From Phoronis australis (lineage: Eukaryota > Animalia > Phoronida): 64,000 nucleotides of DNA. The notes beneath the pieces are model-generated. The model did no database searches, was not told the origin of the DNA, and was given only the letters and a program-made list of their open reading frames with translations. Positions 52,115 through 64,000 of the stretch are shown here, in pieces (within the stretch, counting starts at the first letter, position 1; each line of letters begins with the position of its first letter). Location: the NCBI GenBank assembly GCA_002633005.1, contig NMRA01000055.1, positions 862,282 to 926,281 on the forward strand, written 5' to 3'. The position numbers were made by a program, and so were the translations under genes.

Positions 52115-54399
52115 GGCGAAATGTTCAGTTCGTTCAGTTCGACCGCTCAGCAAATGATGTGCCCGACAGATGTCACTGTAACTGCAATAGGTCATGAATC
52201 GAATGAAAAGTAGGCCAAGACTACTTACTTCGTATCGTGTCTTTACGAGAGACAGCACTTAAGCTTGATAATTATAATTAGGCTAGCGACACCTCTTAGT
52301 TAATAACTAAACGAGAACACCATACATGTTGACAGCTTGTCTTTGTTCGCTTGTCATTTGCGTAATTATCAGTACATCGACATGACATTCATTACGCAAG
52401 CTCGTTAAGACAGTGTTTGTTGCTTCAGAAAATGAAAACTGTTTCTATGGTTACGATCGTATACAGGTGCACTTAAATCTTTGTGCCCGGATGTGAAGCT
52501 ATGATTTGAAATTTGTGGCATCGGTTAATGAACTTTAATTGATATAACAAAGGTTACAAAAGAACAGTCGTCTTGCTGTAAAAATGGCGTAACCGATGAG
52601 TTAGCTACGTTTTTTAAAGATCCTACGGTCACACTCTTCAGTCTACATTTGGCGGATAGCGCTAACCAACAGTTTGCTTGTTCCATTTTCAGTCATCGAT
52701 TTCTGAATAACATTCAGTGGAAATTCTAAGTCGGCTGCTCGTTCTTCGTTAACCGAAGGTATAGACGCAAACCGACACTCTTTCCCAGCCTAACACACCC
52801 ATTTCTTTTATATCTTACGCAAGCCGTGAGCAAAGCATTAATTACTTTGGTATCTTTACGATAGATTTCCATGTTTGTAATCAACATTAAATCGTAGAGA
52901 TTTTACCCAGATTTTCATCGGTTCAACAAAAATAGACAACGCCCCGGCGTAATTTTTGGGGTGGCCAGAAGGCATATCCAGTTTTAGTATTTTATTGATG
53001 TTCTTCTGTAAATTAATATAAATCCTCTTATGAAGGAACGATGTTGAGTTGAGAAAAATTTAATGATAACAAAAGTCCGCCTGTTTAATTTTACTGCCAC
53101 CAAATGAACCTTTTTGTTCTCCAAACCGGATGTGTGACGCAGTGAGCAAGACAAGCCTCGTTCCCAGCCGCCACGAGGATGCATTCCGCTTCGTGCAATC
53201 TAAAATACTGTTTTCAGACAACATTCACTTCCTTATATGGAAACTTAGGGAGTTTACTACTTTGTTGTTTTGTTTCATTGAAAACTCGCTTATCAGAGAT
53301 TTTCACATTTTGAAGGAAACCGAATAACATGTTGCATGTTTAGTGTAAGATGAATGCGCTATCTCGTTCACCGGTGAGGTCTCTTTCACCGTAAGCAACA
53401 ACGGCGCCTCTCGGCAACAGCAACCCTTTATGAGCGCAGACGTTCTCACGATTTTTACGACAATGAAAGTTCATAATGCCAATAATGTCAAATTTGCCCC
53501 TAAAACGCTTTCAGCACGGCGATTCCCCTTGTTTTGACTTGAATACATTTATACATAAAGCTCTTTTGTGTATCGCGTCTCTTTCGATTTACCCACACAA
53601 TGTAGTTACTGTAGTGTAAAACCAAAAAAGCATTTACTGAATACCTTACAGTTTCAACTCACTGATCAAACGTTAACATTTGCTAGGGTCTAATTCCCGC
53701 CTTAGACCGAGGCAAAAGAGATATCCCCAAAGCCCAAGCCATTGTTAAAAGAACAATGCGTGCCGTGTCTCTGGAGGATCTAGTTAAAAAAACTAAGACT
53801 ACAACAATCAGCTGAATGGTGCAGTCTTCTCCCTATGTACAGTCAAACACTGTGCTGAGTCATGTTTGGACAACTTGATTCATGATGCTTGAAAGACTTG
53901 AGTCTTCTTTACAAGACAAGACAAATTTATGATTGTTGCATAATGGTTTTTTGTATTCTTTCGTTTCCTACAAAAAGGTGATTTTCCCTACAAAATTCAC
54001 CACGAAAGTGAGCCTTAACAATTTAATTCCGTATAAAAGGGTTCACCGTTGGGACTAAAATCTTGGCCCCACTGCGTACAATCGGCAAAAATCTTACTTC
54101 AACAGAAGATAGGAGAATTAACACGCTTTGAAGCTGATGCTTCTTTCTCGATACGCCCCAGCTCTACTGAGCCGTGTTTGTGCAACGCCGTGAAAACGGA
54201 GCGACTTGACTTGCATGCGCGCTGCCGCTAATAAGAGACGACGTCTTATGGGCTACTCCAAAGAATCTAGTTGGGGACGCGCGTTACAGAACTGATCTAA
54301 GTCTGACAGACAGTAACTTGTATACGGTATCTATACTGATCGATAAGAGTCAAATGTATTTTATCCAATATACATAGACCACCGGCTCCGCCTTACACA

Positions 54400-55100
54400 T
54401 ACACTGAACAACTTTTCAATTTGACGCTATACAGTCAGTCTTTGCTCACAGTCAACATATAGCACATACGATCTATGCTTTTCAGCAAAGCACAAGAACT
54501 TCGCAACGTTTCTTAATACCCTTACGTCTCTTGAATGCATAAGTTTCCGAAAGATATACGAACAATTCTCAAAAGAGACAGTTGGAATCCTAAAACTAAT
54601 TCTAAGATCCGAGTAATGGGGACACACAAATAATGATACTCATTTTCAATTTCTCCCACGTCACAGCATGGACAAAGTCTATGGAGGTGAACGTCATGCC
54701 GAGATATTCATATTCAAAAACCACCTCAATGCCACAGACTTCAAAATACCACCTCTCGTAATTTCCCAAGTATCCACCATTTTTGAAAACAATAATTTTG
54801 ATTTTCGACATCTTGTCAGTAAGTTGCCATTTTTACAATGACTAGATAAATTGTTAATTAATCGTCGTCTGCAAATTCACAACTGTCTTAACAAACCAAA
54901 TTAAGTCACCAGAAAAAGAGTAAAACATACAATTTTAAGTAACCAACAGTCACACATGAACACCACTCACTGCCAATCTCTCTTTCCAAATCATTAACAT
55001 AAAGAGAAAATAAGTGAGAACGGAGATAATTGACAACCCTGTCGGACGCCAAGCGGGGACTGGAAATAGTCCGCAGTATGGCCATCCCTATCTACCGAGA
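54400..55100 (-). mobile_element. Decayed LINE RT fragment related to the 39.5-42 kb element
   Basis: GVRQG at about 55050, and KIKIIVFKNGG..ERWYF..EVVFEYEYLGMTF. Confidence 0.75.
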
Positions 55101-57038
55101 CACATGATTACACATTTTCTTCCAAATGTTTTCCAATATTTCGTACTTAATAATATGGCGTTACCCATCATCTTACGTTTTAAACCCTTTCTCCACAGCT
55201 TATACTGATCGATATTTTACAGCTATAAAAACCTCTGCAAAGCAGAACTCTGACGTGGAGATGAAGAATTTATCTTACACACGGCCAAGACTTTCCGAGC
55301 TTCATTTGAAGATATCAAAACATTAATATCTATAAATATAAACCACTCAACGTCTCCGCAAAGCGCGCGGTTACGGATGAGTAATGATGCCAACTCAAAG
55401 CCAATGTATGCTGGTTAGCGCGCAGCTGGCATGTGAGCACTTACACTACAGTTGTAAACGTTTGTTATACGAGCACTCTCCTTTAAACAATGGTAAATTT
55501 GCCTGCTGCAGTGACTCACTTACCTTCAAAAAATTAGCCCTCTTCTCTTCTTATCGTTTATTAATAGTAGTTCCAACGTCCACTGATGCGCCGTGCTCTC
55601 GCCAGGCTGCACGATGACCGATCTCGCCAACTGAGCGGCGTTTGCTTATGCGGCGAAGCCTGCCGTTTATGGCGACTACTACTCACTGACTAGTTATATA
55701 TTTACACAAATGTGGTGAATGGAAGTAGTCACGACCCTTTCATTGTCGCGAGCGTAACCTCTGTATTTATTCGACCAATCTGAGGAATTCAAGCGCACTG
55801 GTCAACTGTATACAAGAAGCTGATTCAACACTTTTAATTCCTATAAATAGCCAGAATTTGACCTAGTTAGAACACAGTTGAGATTCAACAATCGATAGAT
55901 GTCACTGGGAATATTCCGCACCATTCCCTTTCAAGACGCCGCTTCAGCAGTCCCGTAATTAAGCGAAGTTTTCCGGGAAAATGCATTCCGTACGTACGCC
56001 ACAACGTACCTTTACGTAGATGTACGTTGAAAAGCGTTGTCCGTGCAAGACTTATTAATGTGAGGCCGTGGAAGAACACGTCCCTTGGACTTGGCCTGTC
56101 GTCTTCGACAGGTTTTAAAACGGTCTTTGCAGATTCTTAAAAGAGCAGTACATTCCATCTGCTACAAAGAAAGCAAAGGCCTTGAGACCGAGTTTGCGTA
56201 TTCCATAGAGTCGTATGGACGCGAAGCACCGGATGGTATTCGGCTGCTAGTTCCAAATAGCTAGCCACTGCCTCTGTTTGGGATAATAAGGACGCGCACC
56301 GGGCGTCCGGCGAAATATCAAATGCCATGTCAACACTGCACGCAACTGTTGGTAAGTAGTTCTACATTATAATTGTTCAAGTGTGATGACTGGCAATGAT
56401 TAGCAGCGTGATTTCATACAGGTGGATTTCAATTACTGACAAAGACCCAGGCTATTTTCTTGGTAAATCGACCTTCACATGTGCCCTATGACATGTAGGC
56501 CTACAGAGAAGATAAATGAGAAAAATGGAGTCCTTAATCAAAACGTGCGCTAATTAAGGAGGGAGGGGGGGGGGGCGGTGTGGAAGCCTTGCGCGGTACA
56601 CATGATCAAAATGGCGCAGGTATGCCATCTTTTGTGACAAACGTTTGTTTCTGCTTCGGAAATTTTTGTCGCCTCCCCCGGGAAATTTTAGAAGCTATAT
56701 ATATATATGTTCAGATAGGTGTGTTCGTAGACTAGATTCAAACATATGACGACATTTTCGGTATTTGCTTATGATTTCGACATAATGTCTGTGGTCTAGC
56801 TAGTGCAAAATTTTCTGTTCATTGTCAGCATTATACTAATGCATATAGGTGAAATACTACCGGAGGTCGGTGCGTACGTGTCACAACTGACTACTCTTTT
56901 TGTTCATTTGAATCGCCGGTCAATAAATGCTTGTTTTATATAATCTATAAACAATTTGCCAATACTGCAGGCAAAGAGATGAAAACTACAAACTACAAAC
57001 AAACTGGATTGGCTGTCATCTTTAATAAAATGCTTTAC

Positions 57039-57078
57039 CTGATTTTCTGTAAGCTTCAACTGTCGTACCGAATATAAT
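57039..57078 (-). other. Candidate 40-nt non-coding exon upstream of Elovl2/5
   Basis: ctttacag acceptor and CAG|GTAAAG donor only. Confidence 0.25.
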
Positions 57079-57259
57079 CTGTAAAGCGCTCAACTTGTAA
57101 GACGCAAGCGCAGACATGCGGGACACATAACGCGTTTTTCTCAAAAAGTTGAGTGTTTTTTCATTACCGTTTCGGTGCAAATGCTCCTGAGGGCTACCGA
57201 AATATCACCCTTTAAACGCAAAAATTAAATCAACGAGTAGGGGGTATATCCGTAAGGGG

Positions 57260-57416
57260 AACAGGGCCGGGGAATATAGGGTCAGGGTAACGTCGGGATG
57301 GGGGAACATGGGTACGGAAGAACACGGGGACGGGGGAACACGGGGACGGGAGAACACGGGGACGGGGGAATATTAGTTGAGGAGCACAGGGACGGAGATT
57401 ATAGGGACCGGGGAAC
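57260..57416. repeat. G-rich ~15-bp tandem repeat (GGGACGGGGGAACAC)
   Basis: About ten degenerate units directly visible. Confidence 0.85.
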
Positions 57417-57724
57417 AGTAGGTGGACACTGTTTCGTTATTTAGGGCAAAATGACACTGGCAAATATACAGAAAACCAAGCAACTTAAACCAAATGAATG
57501 TTTTTCATTCCAGGTTCTTGAAAGCGAAGGTTACGTATGCTGCTTCATCTGCCAAGCATGAACCGGCGAGGACAGTAAGCCGAAAACTTTCGAAGAAAAC
57601 ACTTGATTGACACTGAAGAACGTTAAGCTGCGTAAAAAATTAAAATGTGAAAAATACTCAATTGTTACAGAAAGAATAGCGAAAGCTAGTGAAACAGAAT
57701 AGTCCTTTTGCGAGTTTATAACAA

Positions 57725-57810
57725 TAACGCGAGATTACGTGAGACTTAACTGTGACGTCACGGGAAGTGGGGCAAAAGCTTGGCGTTTGGCTCACTTGAC
57801 CAATACGTTA
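57725..57810. promoter_or_regulatory. Putative promoter cluster: palindromic CRE, GGAAGT, CCAAT
   Basis: GTGACGTCAC 57752-57761, GGAAGTGGGGC and GACCAAT in CpG-normal sequence. A second GTGACGTCAC is at 58814. Confidence 0.4.
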
Positions 57811-60800
57811 TCAGAGTGTATTCTGTTATTTTCTTCCACTTTTTGGCCGTTTAGTTCGAAAAATGACAAACAAGCATAGCTGTTATGGCAAATGAAATTC
57901 AGATTCGCACTACAATACGTCACTTCTATCGCGTTTTGTACTAATTTGGTTTCATGTATTTTAAACGGGCGATAGGCGAAATCCGCTCACTGATTAAGTT
58001 TTCACCACGTCAAAAATACATTCTACATCTAAAATTTTCACCTAAAAAGGCGCTTACTTTCTCCAGTGGTACTCTCTGCTTCTAAACATATCTTCGATGA
58101 AGCATAGCTACGGGAATTAGATGACTTTGGCGAAGAAGTCCAACTCCACATTGTCGTTACTGTTAACTTAAACCGCGCGCGCGATAACCACAAAGTAGTT
58201 CAACTGGTCAGGTGAGTATGAGGCAAAGGCTAGCGCGAGACTGAGTGAACCGCGAGACCTGGCGCGTGACACTTGCAAAATAACATGAGCACATATCAAG
58301 TGAATTTGTAAGATTTGTGCTCCTTGGACTTATTGTTCGTGATTTCACGTAACTTCCTCAAAATGGCGCCCTGTGAGAGAAACTTGAGCGAATTAAACCG
58401 CGAGGTTTTCATGGATAGGTTCAAGTTATTTGTTGACTAAATTGTATCCAGAGTCAGGGTATGTGTTAATTAATTACTCCATGTGCGCATATGCATATTT
58501 CATTTGATTTTATTTGCTGCATTTTGAAGTGAGTAACTTTTTATGGGGAGAAACTATCGCCCCTGTGTGCCTGTGCATTCAGGCCTAGACCGGGTTGAGT
58601 TCCAATTTCAGCCCGTTCACAGCTTCACACAACATAACAAGTTCACATTTTCTTCGTCCATTCACAGTTATTCCACGATCCATCTACCATCTTTTAAGTT
58701 GTGTTAACGTTTTAAGCGTAAAATTCACCATAAGAACTCCAGTAAAATTTAGCGTGTGTAGCAAAGACTCGGGGCCAAACAAGAGCAATATGGCGGGTTT
58801 TGCCCCTTTTCCGGTGACGTCACATCGACTAACGAGTAACTCGCTATCATCCATCGTGTCACAGGAAGTACACTGCAGTTAAACGGCCAAGAGATGGACC
58901 GTCAGCTGACAACACAACTCCAAATAAAATGACTTGTATAATTGTTAAAAGACGTTGCAGTCCCCTCCCAATGTCCTATGATATAGGGATGCTGAAAGGT
59001 TCTTGCATATTCTGTGGGAAAAAGAAGAAGAATGGACAAGAGTAACCAAGGGTCAAGATATTAACACTGCCTGGTTGCCAGTCCCTTCTCCGGCAAGCCA
59101 CCAAATCATCTAGTAATGAGCGCTAAGACGACTGGGCTTTGAGTGATGTTGACCTAATAGAATGTGACATTATAAACACATTGAGTTAAAAGGAATATAA
59201 TTATCGATTCCTTGTTATAAAAAAATAAACATGAATTGACGCTGGCCTCACATTTTTGACTTTGCATTCTTCAGTTTATCTGTTTGAAATTATTTTGTTT
59301 TTATGAATTGAAAACGTCGCGCACAGTAGAACAGTAACCGCCTTTAGCACTTTCAGGTTTCAGGAGTCAAACCTGCATTAGTCTGGTATGGCCAGGTACC
59401 CACACATAGGGAGTTATAGCAAACAGCAATGATGCCGCTGGACTGAGTCACAGACAGACTGCACCTTTACTGCTTTACTACATCTTACGTGAGCACTGGT
59501 AATTTTCCTTCGGGTTTAGATGGGAAACAGAGCCTTAATTGTTACCAGTAAAACAAAAACAACCAATAATGGAAAGCACCGCAGTTTATTACTCTCAATG
59601 TGACCTTTACGTACGTCGTGACACGTACAAGAACTGAGTAAAGACACGTACCCAGATTAAAATTTCCTAGGGCCTTGAGCTACCAGACACTTGCAAGGCA
59701 CTAGGGCTAATTACAACTTCAAATCAATTTTCAGCCCTCCCCCCTGTCGACACAGTGTTCACTCTCCAGCACACAAGTTTTGATCCCACTCCTCCAGGTC
59801 CGGCGCTCCAATTTTAGAGCTACTCCCGATCGCCTCAAACTTTGCTTCTCATTGGCCTCTACCACGAAGTAGGGTTCTATGGCCATGAGGTGGAGCCCCC
59901 GCACAAATCTAGGCCCCTAAACCATTCGGAACAGCTAGGGTACTTTTGTAGCATCAAATTTCCCATTGCGCATATGCAGATTCACTCACACGGCAAGTCA
60001 TGTAACTTAACTGGGGAATGGTTGGCCTCATGACTGTAGTCCTCGCTTGTTCCGAAAAAAATCACCTCCAAGGGTAGCCGAAACACTTCGAGTATTTTCG
60101 TACTCTCAAATTTCGCATAAGAGATGAAGCTATCTGCGCGTGTGTGAACTTCTGTCACTTGTCCGCACACACGCAAATAGCATTTTCCATCTCCGAGGGG
60201 AAATTTGAGCTAGGCTATGAAAATACCCGAGGTGTCCCCGCCGCTGCGAGGGGAAATTTGTAACTTTGAAAACTAATACCCGAGGTATCCCTAGGCGAAA
60301 TTGTTGGCGACTGATGGCTGAAATGAGAGGCAACATGTAGGCACTGCAATAAACAGGGATGACGGTGGGGGAGAGGGGGAGGCAAACGCAAAACTGAATG
60401 TGTTTCTGCCAGGGGAAGGGTCCTTTTCCATGCACGGTGGGGGGCATAGCCCCTTTTTAGGCCTCATGGCTATGTTTGTCCTAAGACCTAATCTTAAGGT
60501 GTAATCCAACCATAGTTCAGTCTGTCCCTAACCTAACCCTTAATTGTAGCCAATACATTATAAAAATAAAGTTCACGCCCGGTTAGACAAATTTCTGGAC
60601 GTGTGTGTTTTGCAGCCCAGTATGAGAGCAGTATATCTAGTAATGCACTGACGATATCACAAGGTTCGTTTTTGATTTTGAATCGACGTGAGAGTGTTTG
60701 CCAATGGGAATGTTTTAAAATATTTCACACAGCTCAACTATCGCCGCCTTCAAAAAGAAATCATCAGAAAAGAGAAAAATGTTGAACAAATTCACTGCTT

Positions 60801-61379
60801 CAATAGATTATTATAGATTATTGCCACGGGAATGAGACACGGATAACATTTTACTTAAAATATTGAGCACCCAGATAACGGTAATAGCCATTAACAGGGG
60901 TCCCGCATTTTGAGAACTAGCTTTGGCTGCACAGTACGGGAATCAAACTGGTCAAAATTCGAGGCAGTCCCTGCAGGTTATTGTTGCCTAGATATTTATC
61001 CAATCCGCCTTAGGCACAGCAGCCATTCAGGATCAAGTGACATAACTTTAATCTTTTTAGCACTCTGGACCCAGAATTTTGAAATGGGACCCGTATTTTT
61101 GCAACGACAGCCATTTCAACGAACCAGACCACGTTCACTCGCTTTGTTGTTTCTCTCCAAAGTCCCAAGCTAAGCCTGCATACAAGATGCTCCGATTACA
61201 GCAAACAACAGTTGCCACGGACCTTTAAGACAGGCTCTGAGAAGGTTTATTGTAATCACGAGCTTCGACCGAAGTTAATAGATGATCATTGCAATTAAAT
61301 TGCAATACTTTATATCATGTGAATGGGGAAAGTAAAAAACTGAAGTAGTCTACGAGTCAGCCTGGGAGAGAGATACCTT

Positions 61380-62050
61380 GCGAAGGTGGCATACACGAAA
61401 CGTGCCACTCTGACCGCTGACTTGGCCACGGTCAGAGTCCCTGTGAAAGGGTGCATTTCCAAATTAAATTCCATAACGTCACATTCATCCCCGATTTGCC
61501 TTACAACTACAGCATCAAACTTATCTGGTCAGAAAATTCCCAAAGACAACAACTCAAGCACAACCGGGCGTATTCAAAATACCAACATTTTCTCTTTTTA
61601 TAAGTTTGACACTGATATCATTCACAAAAATATTGAACAGAACTGGACCCATGATGGATCCCTGCGGCACTCCCTTGGCTATATCTAGCCAATCACTAGA
61701 CATTCCACCGATCCTAACACGATGCTTCCTTCATGACAGATAGGACCATAATAGGCACATGCCTGTTCACTCACACCGTACGCTTTTAACTTTGCGATCA
61801 TGACTTGTTGCGGGAGGCAGTCGAACGCTTTGCTCAGATCCATGAGCACTGTTCTAGAACACTAACTTTTTGTTCAGCAGCAAACCTCCAATCTTCAACC
61901 ATACCTAGAAAAAATGATTGGCAGCTATATTCGCTCCTATAGGCAGCAATCCGCGGATCCAATATAATATCTAAAAACGGGTTTATCTGTAACATGAGTC
62001 TCTCAAAAATCTTGGAGAGAGCTGACAGTAAACTCACTGTTGTCATGAAG
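61380..62050 (-). mobile_element. Decayed CR1/L2-group LINE RT fragment
   Basis: VSLLSALSKIFER, DLSKAFDCLP, GVPQGSIMGPVLFNIF. Confidence 0.8.
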
Positions 62051-64000
62051 CACAGCGCCTTGTTTATTATTTGAATACATATTTGTAAGAAGCAGTTCTC
62101 GTGGACTAGTTAATGATAGAAAGAACATTAAACTTGCAGGTAATATGAATTTCTGTGTTTTAATTAGCCATACCAGATTGATTTTTGTAATTAAGAGTTT
62201 ACATGAACAGGATGATGATTAAAAGACAATTACAACTGCAGGTGATACCAGTATCCGCTGATTTAATCAGTCACACCGTCTTGTATAAATTTCCAGTTGT
62301 CATTTGATGTAGATAAGGCATGCGATTAAGACGAGGATTCACAATTAACTTCGAGATTGAACACCAAGGAACCTGCACGTGGTTAACTAAGCATCAGGTA
62401 AACCACTTTTTCAAGAAAACTTTTCATTAAGAAATGAAAATTTTACCACTGGCGTAAGAACTCATGGATAGCTTGCAGGCGAGAAAAGGCTTTTGTACTA
62501 TTTTAGTATGAACTCGAGATAAATGTCTTTAGCTTTGTGGCTGAGTACATTGCGGTTCACGCAGATGAGCAGTCAGACAAAATTCACACTTTGAAGTAAA
62601 CAATTAATATAACTGCTTCGCTGTCCCATCGTGGTGTTTTCTCCAGTTTTCGATTCTGTTTAAGGTTCTCATTCGCTTGAAACAGATATAAACGGCTCAA
62701 ATAAAAAATAACAACAAAAAAATCGCGGGCAGCTGAGTGATGGACCGGCAGTACGTTCCACCAGGAAGACGCTGAACTCGCAACAGGACAAAGGTCCAAA
62801 ACTGCGAGTAAAGCACCTACTATTTCTTCAACTTACTTAACAATTCTTCAAATATCCGTAGATATTTCTTACATCTATGTTTCAACTTCTGACGTTGTTA
62901 CACAGATTCAAAACTACGCAAAAATTCCCCCAAAATATCCCTAACAAGTCCTAAATCAACTACCCGTGTTCTATTCACTTTTCTTGCTCCTGCAAACGTG
63001 ACCTTTTCATTCATAGTGTTACTACATGAAAAGTGGAACGTGCATGTTCATTGGCTTGGAAAAAAATGGAAGCTTAAGTTCTAATTGGCTGTGCCGCAGA
63101 AAGACGTCTTGCTTTGGAAACCAATTGTCGTCGTTTAGTGAAATCTACCTACAATGCATGGTAGACGAAATAAAAACTGCCGCCAGCCACCTCGTTAGCT
63201 TGTGAACTTATTCGACGAGGTCTACCCAGTTTATGGGCCATCGCATCTTGCCTAGCTCAAGTCCTGGCTCCACGCGAGAACGTGCATTTTTCATTCTTGG
63301 TCCTTTTGCTTATACTTTAAAGCCTTCATACCATGGTCACCAATACTTGAACCCAGTTACCAACAATTTTGGTATGATATTTTAAGTATTTATTCTTCAA
63401 TATTTGTACCTGTAATCAAAAAATAAACGCAAGAGTTAAAAACTTTAAAATTTTGTGTGACGTCATTAGTGGAAGTCCGGTCTCCGCCACTGTGTTGTTC
63501 TACACCAGCCGTGAGCTGGAGTGGTCTGAGTGGTATCACGGGCAGTTATTGGTCTTCATCTGAACCGTCCACGGTAGAAATATATACGAACTAAGAGTAA
63601 TTGAGTGTAACTGAACCGAAATACACGCAGTAGCCGGGTTTTCACAGCGTTTTATTTCAGACAATGAACTGTCGATAAGCTCCGAACATCGATTAACAAT
63701 ACTAGTCGGCCATATTTTTGACAAGAAAATTACAAAAAAGATAGTTAAGTGTCAGATAGATCGTGAACATGAAAGACATGGTTTTTTCAGTCTTTCGATT
63801 TACTACAGATAAACGATTATTTCGAGTATGTCAGCCGGACAACGTTGCCACCTGTTCGTTTGGCTTCAGTCGTGTTTGTCTCCGTTCGAGTTTCTCGGCA
63901 TACCTGTTCCGAGATTGTGCTTCTTTTTACAACAGGTCCACCGATTCCAAAAACTTTTGCGTTAATCAGTCACCAATGCCTAGAACTACATTTAAGCGCC

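Noticed and set aside
52182-52228. Possible ~47-nt 5'UTR intron of Elovl2/5
   Set aside because: Much shorter than the other introns here. The acceptor more likely pairs with a distal donor.
55885-56328. Two consecutive same-frame minus-strand ORFs in CpG-rich sequence
   Set aside because: No recognisable homology or splice structure. Left unassigned.
57260-57416. Regular repeats considered as a CRISPR array (also 18067-18204 and 21058-21135)
   Set aside because: No unique spacers, no cas genes, and a eukaryotic context.

Overview
Intron-rich, AT-rich animal DNA. A non-vertebrate bilaterian is likely, inferred from an unduplicated Elovl2/5 gene and the transposon complement. There are three host genes, all on the minus strand. 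(1) The 5' part of Rab3: a coding exon at 1038-1262, a candidate upstream MADK micro-exon, and a long, visibly CpG-poor intronic region up to about 18-20 kb. (2) A complete two-exon KLF1/2/4-type zinc-finger gene at 27699-29093. (3) A complete Elovl2/5 fatty-acid elongase with six coding exons at 43015-52114. The rest is intron or intergenic sequence with decayed LINEs, Penelope-like elements and several MITE families. The most interesting signals are at the KLF locus: a mirror-image divergent CRE-MEF2-TATA-Inr promoter with a repeat-family copy in its middle, and a dense cluster of ancient miRNA seed sites in the 3'UTR (two miR-92, K-box/miR-2, miR-183/263, miR-124, miR-29). Also notable is a Penelope element with inverted terminal repeats carrying hammerhead-ribozyme cores just downstream of Elovl2/5. 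No prokaryote-type system was seen. All calls were made by eye without database searches.
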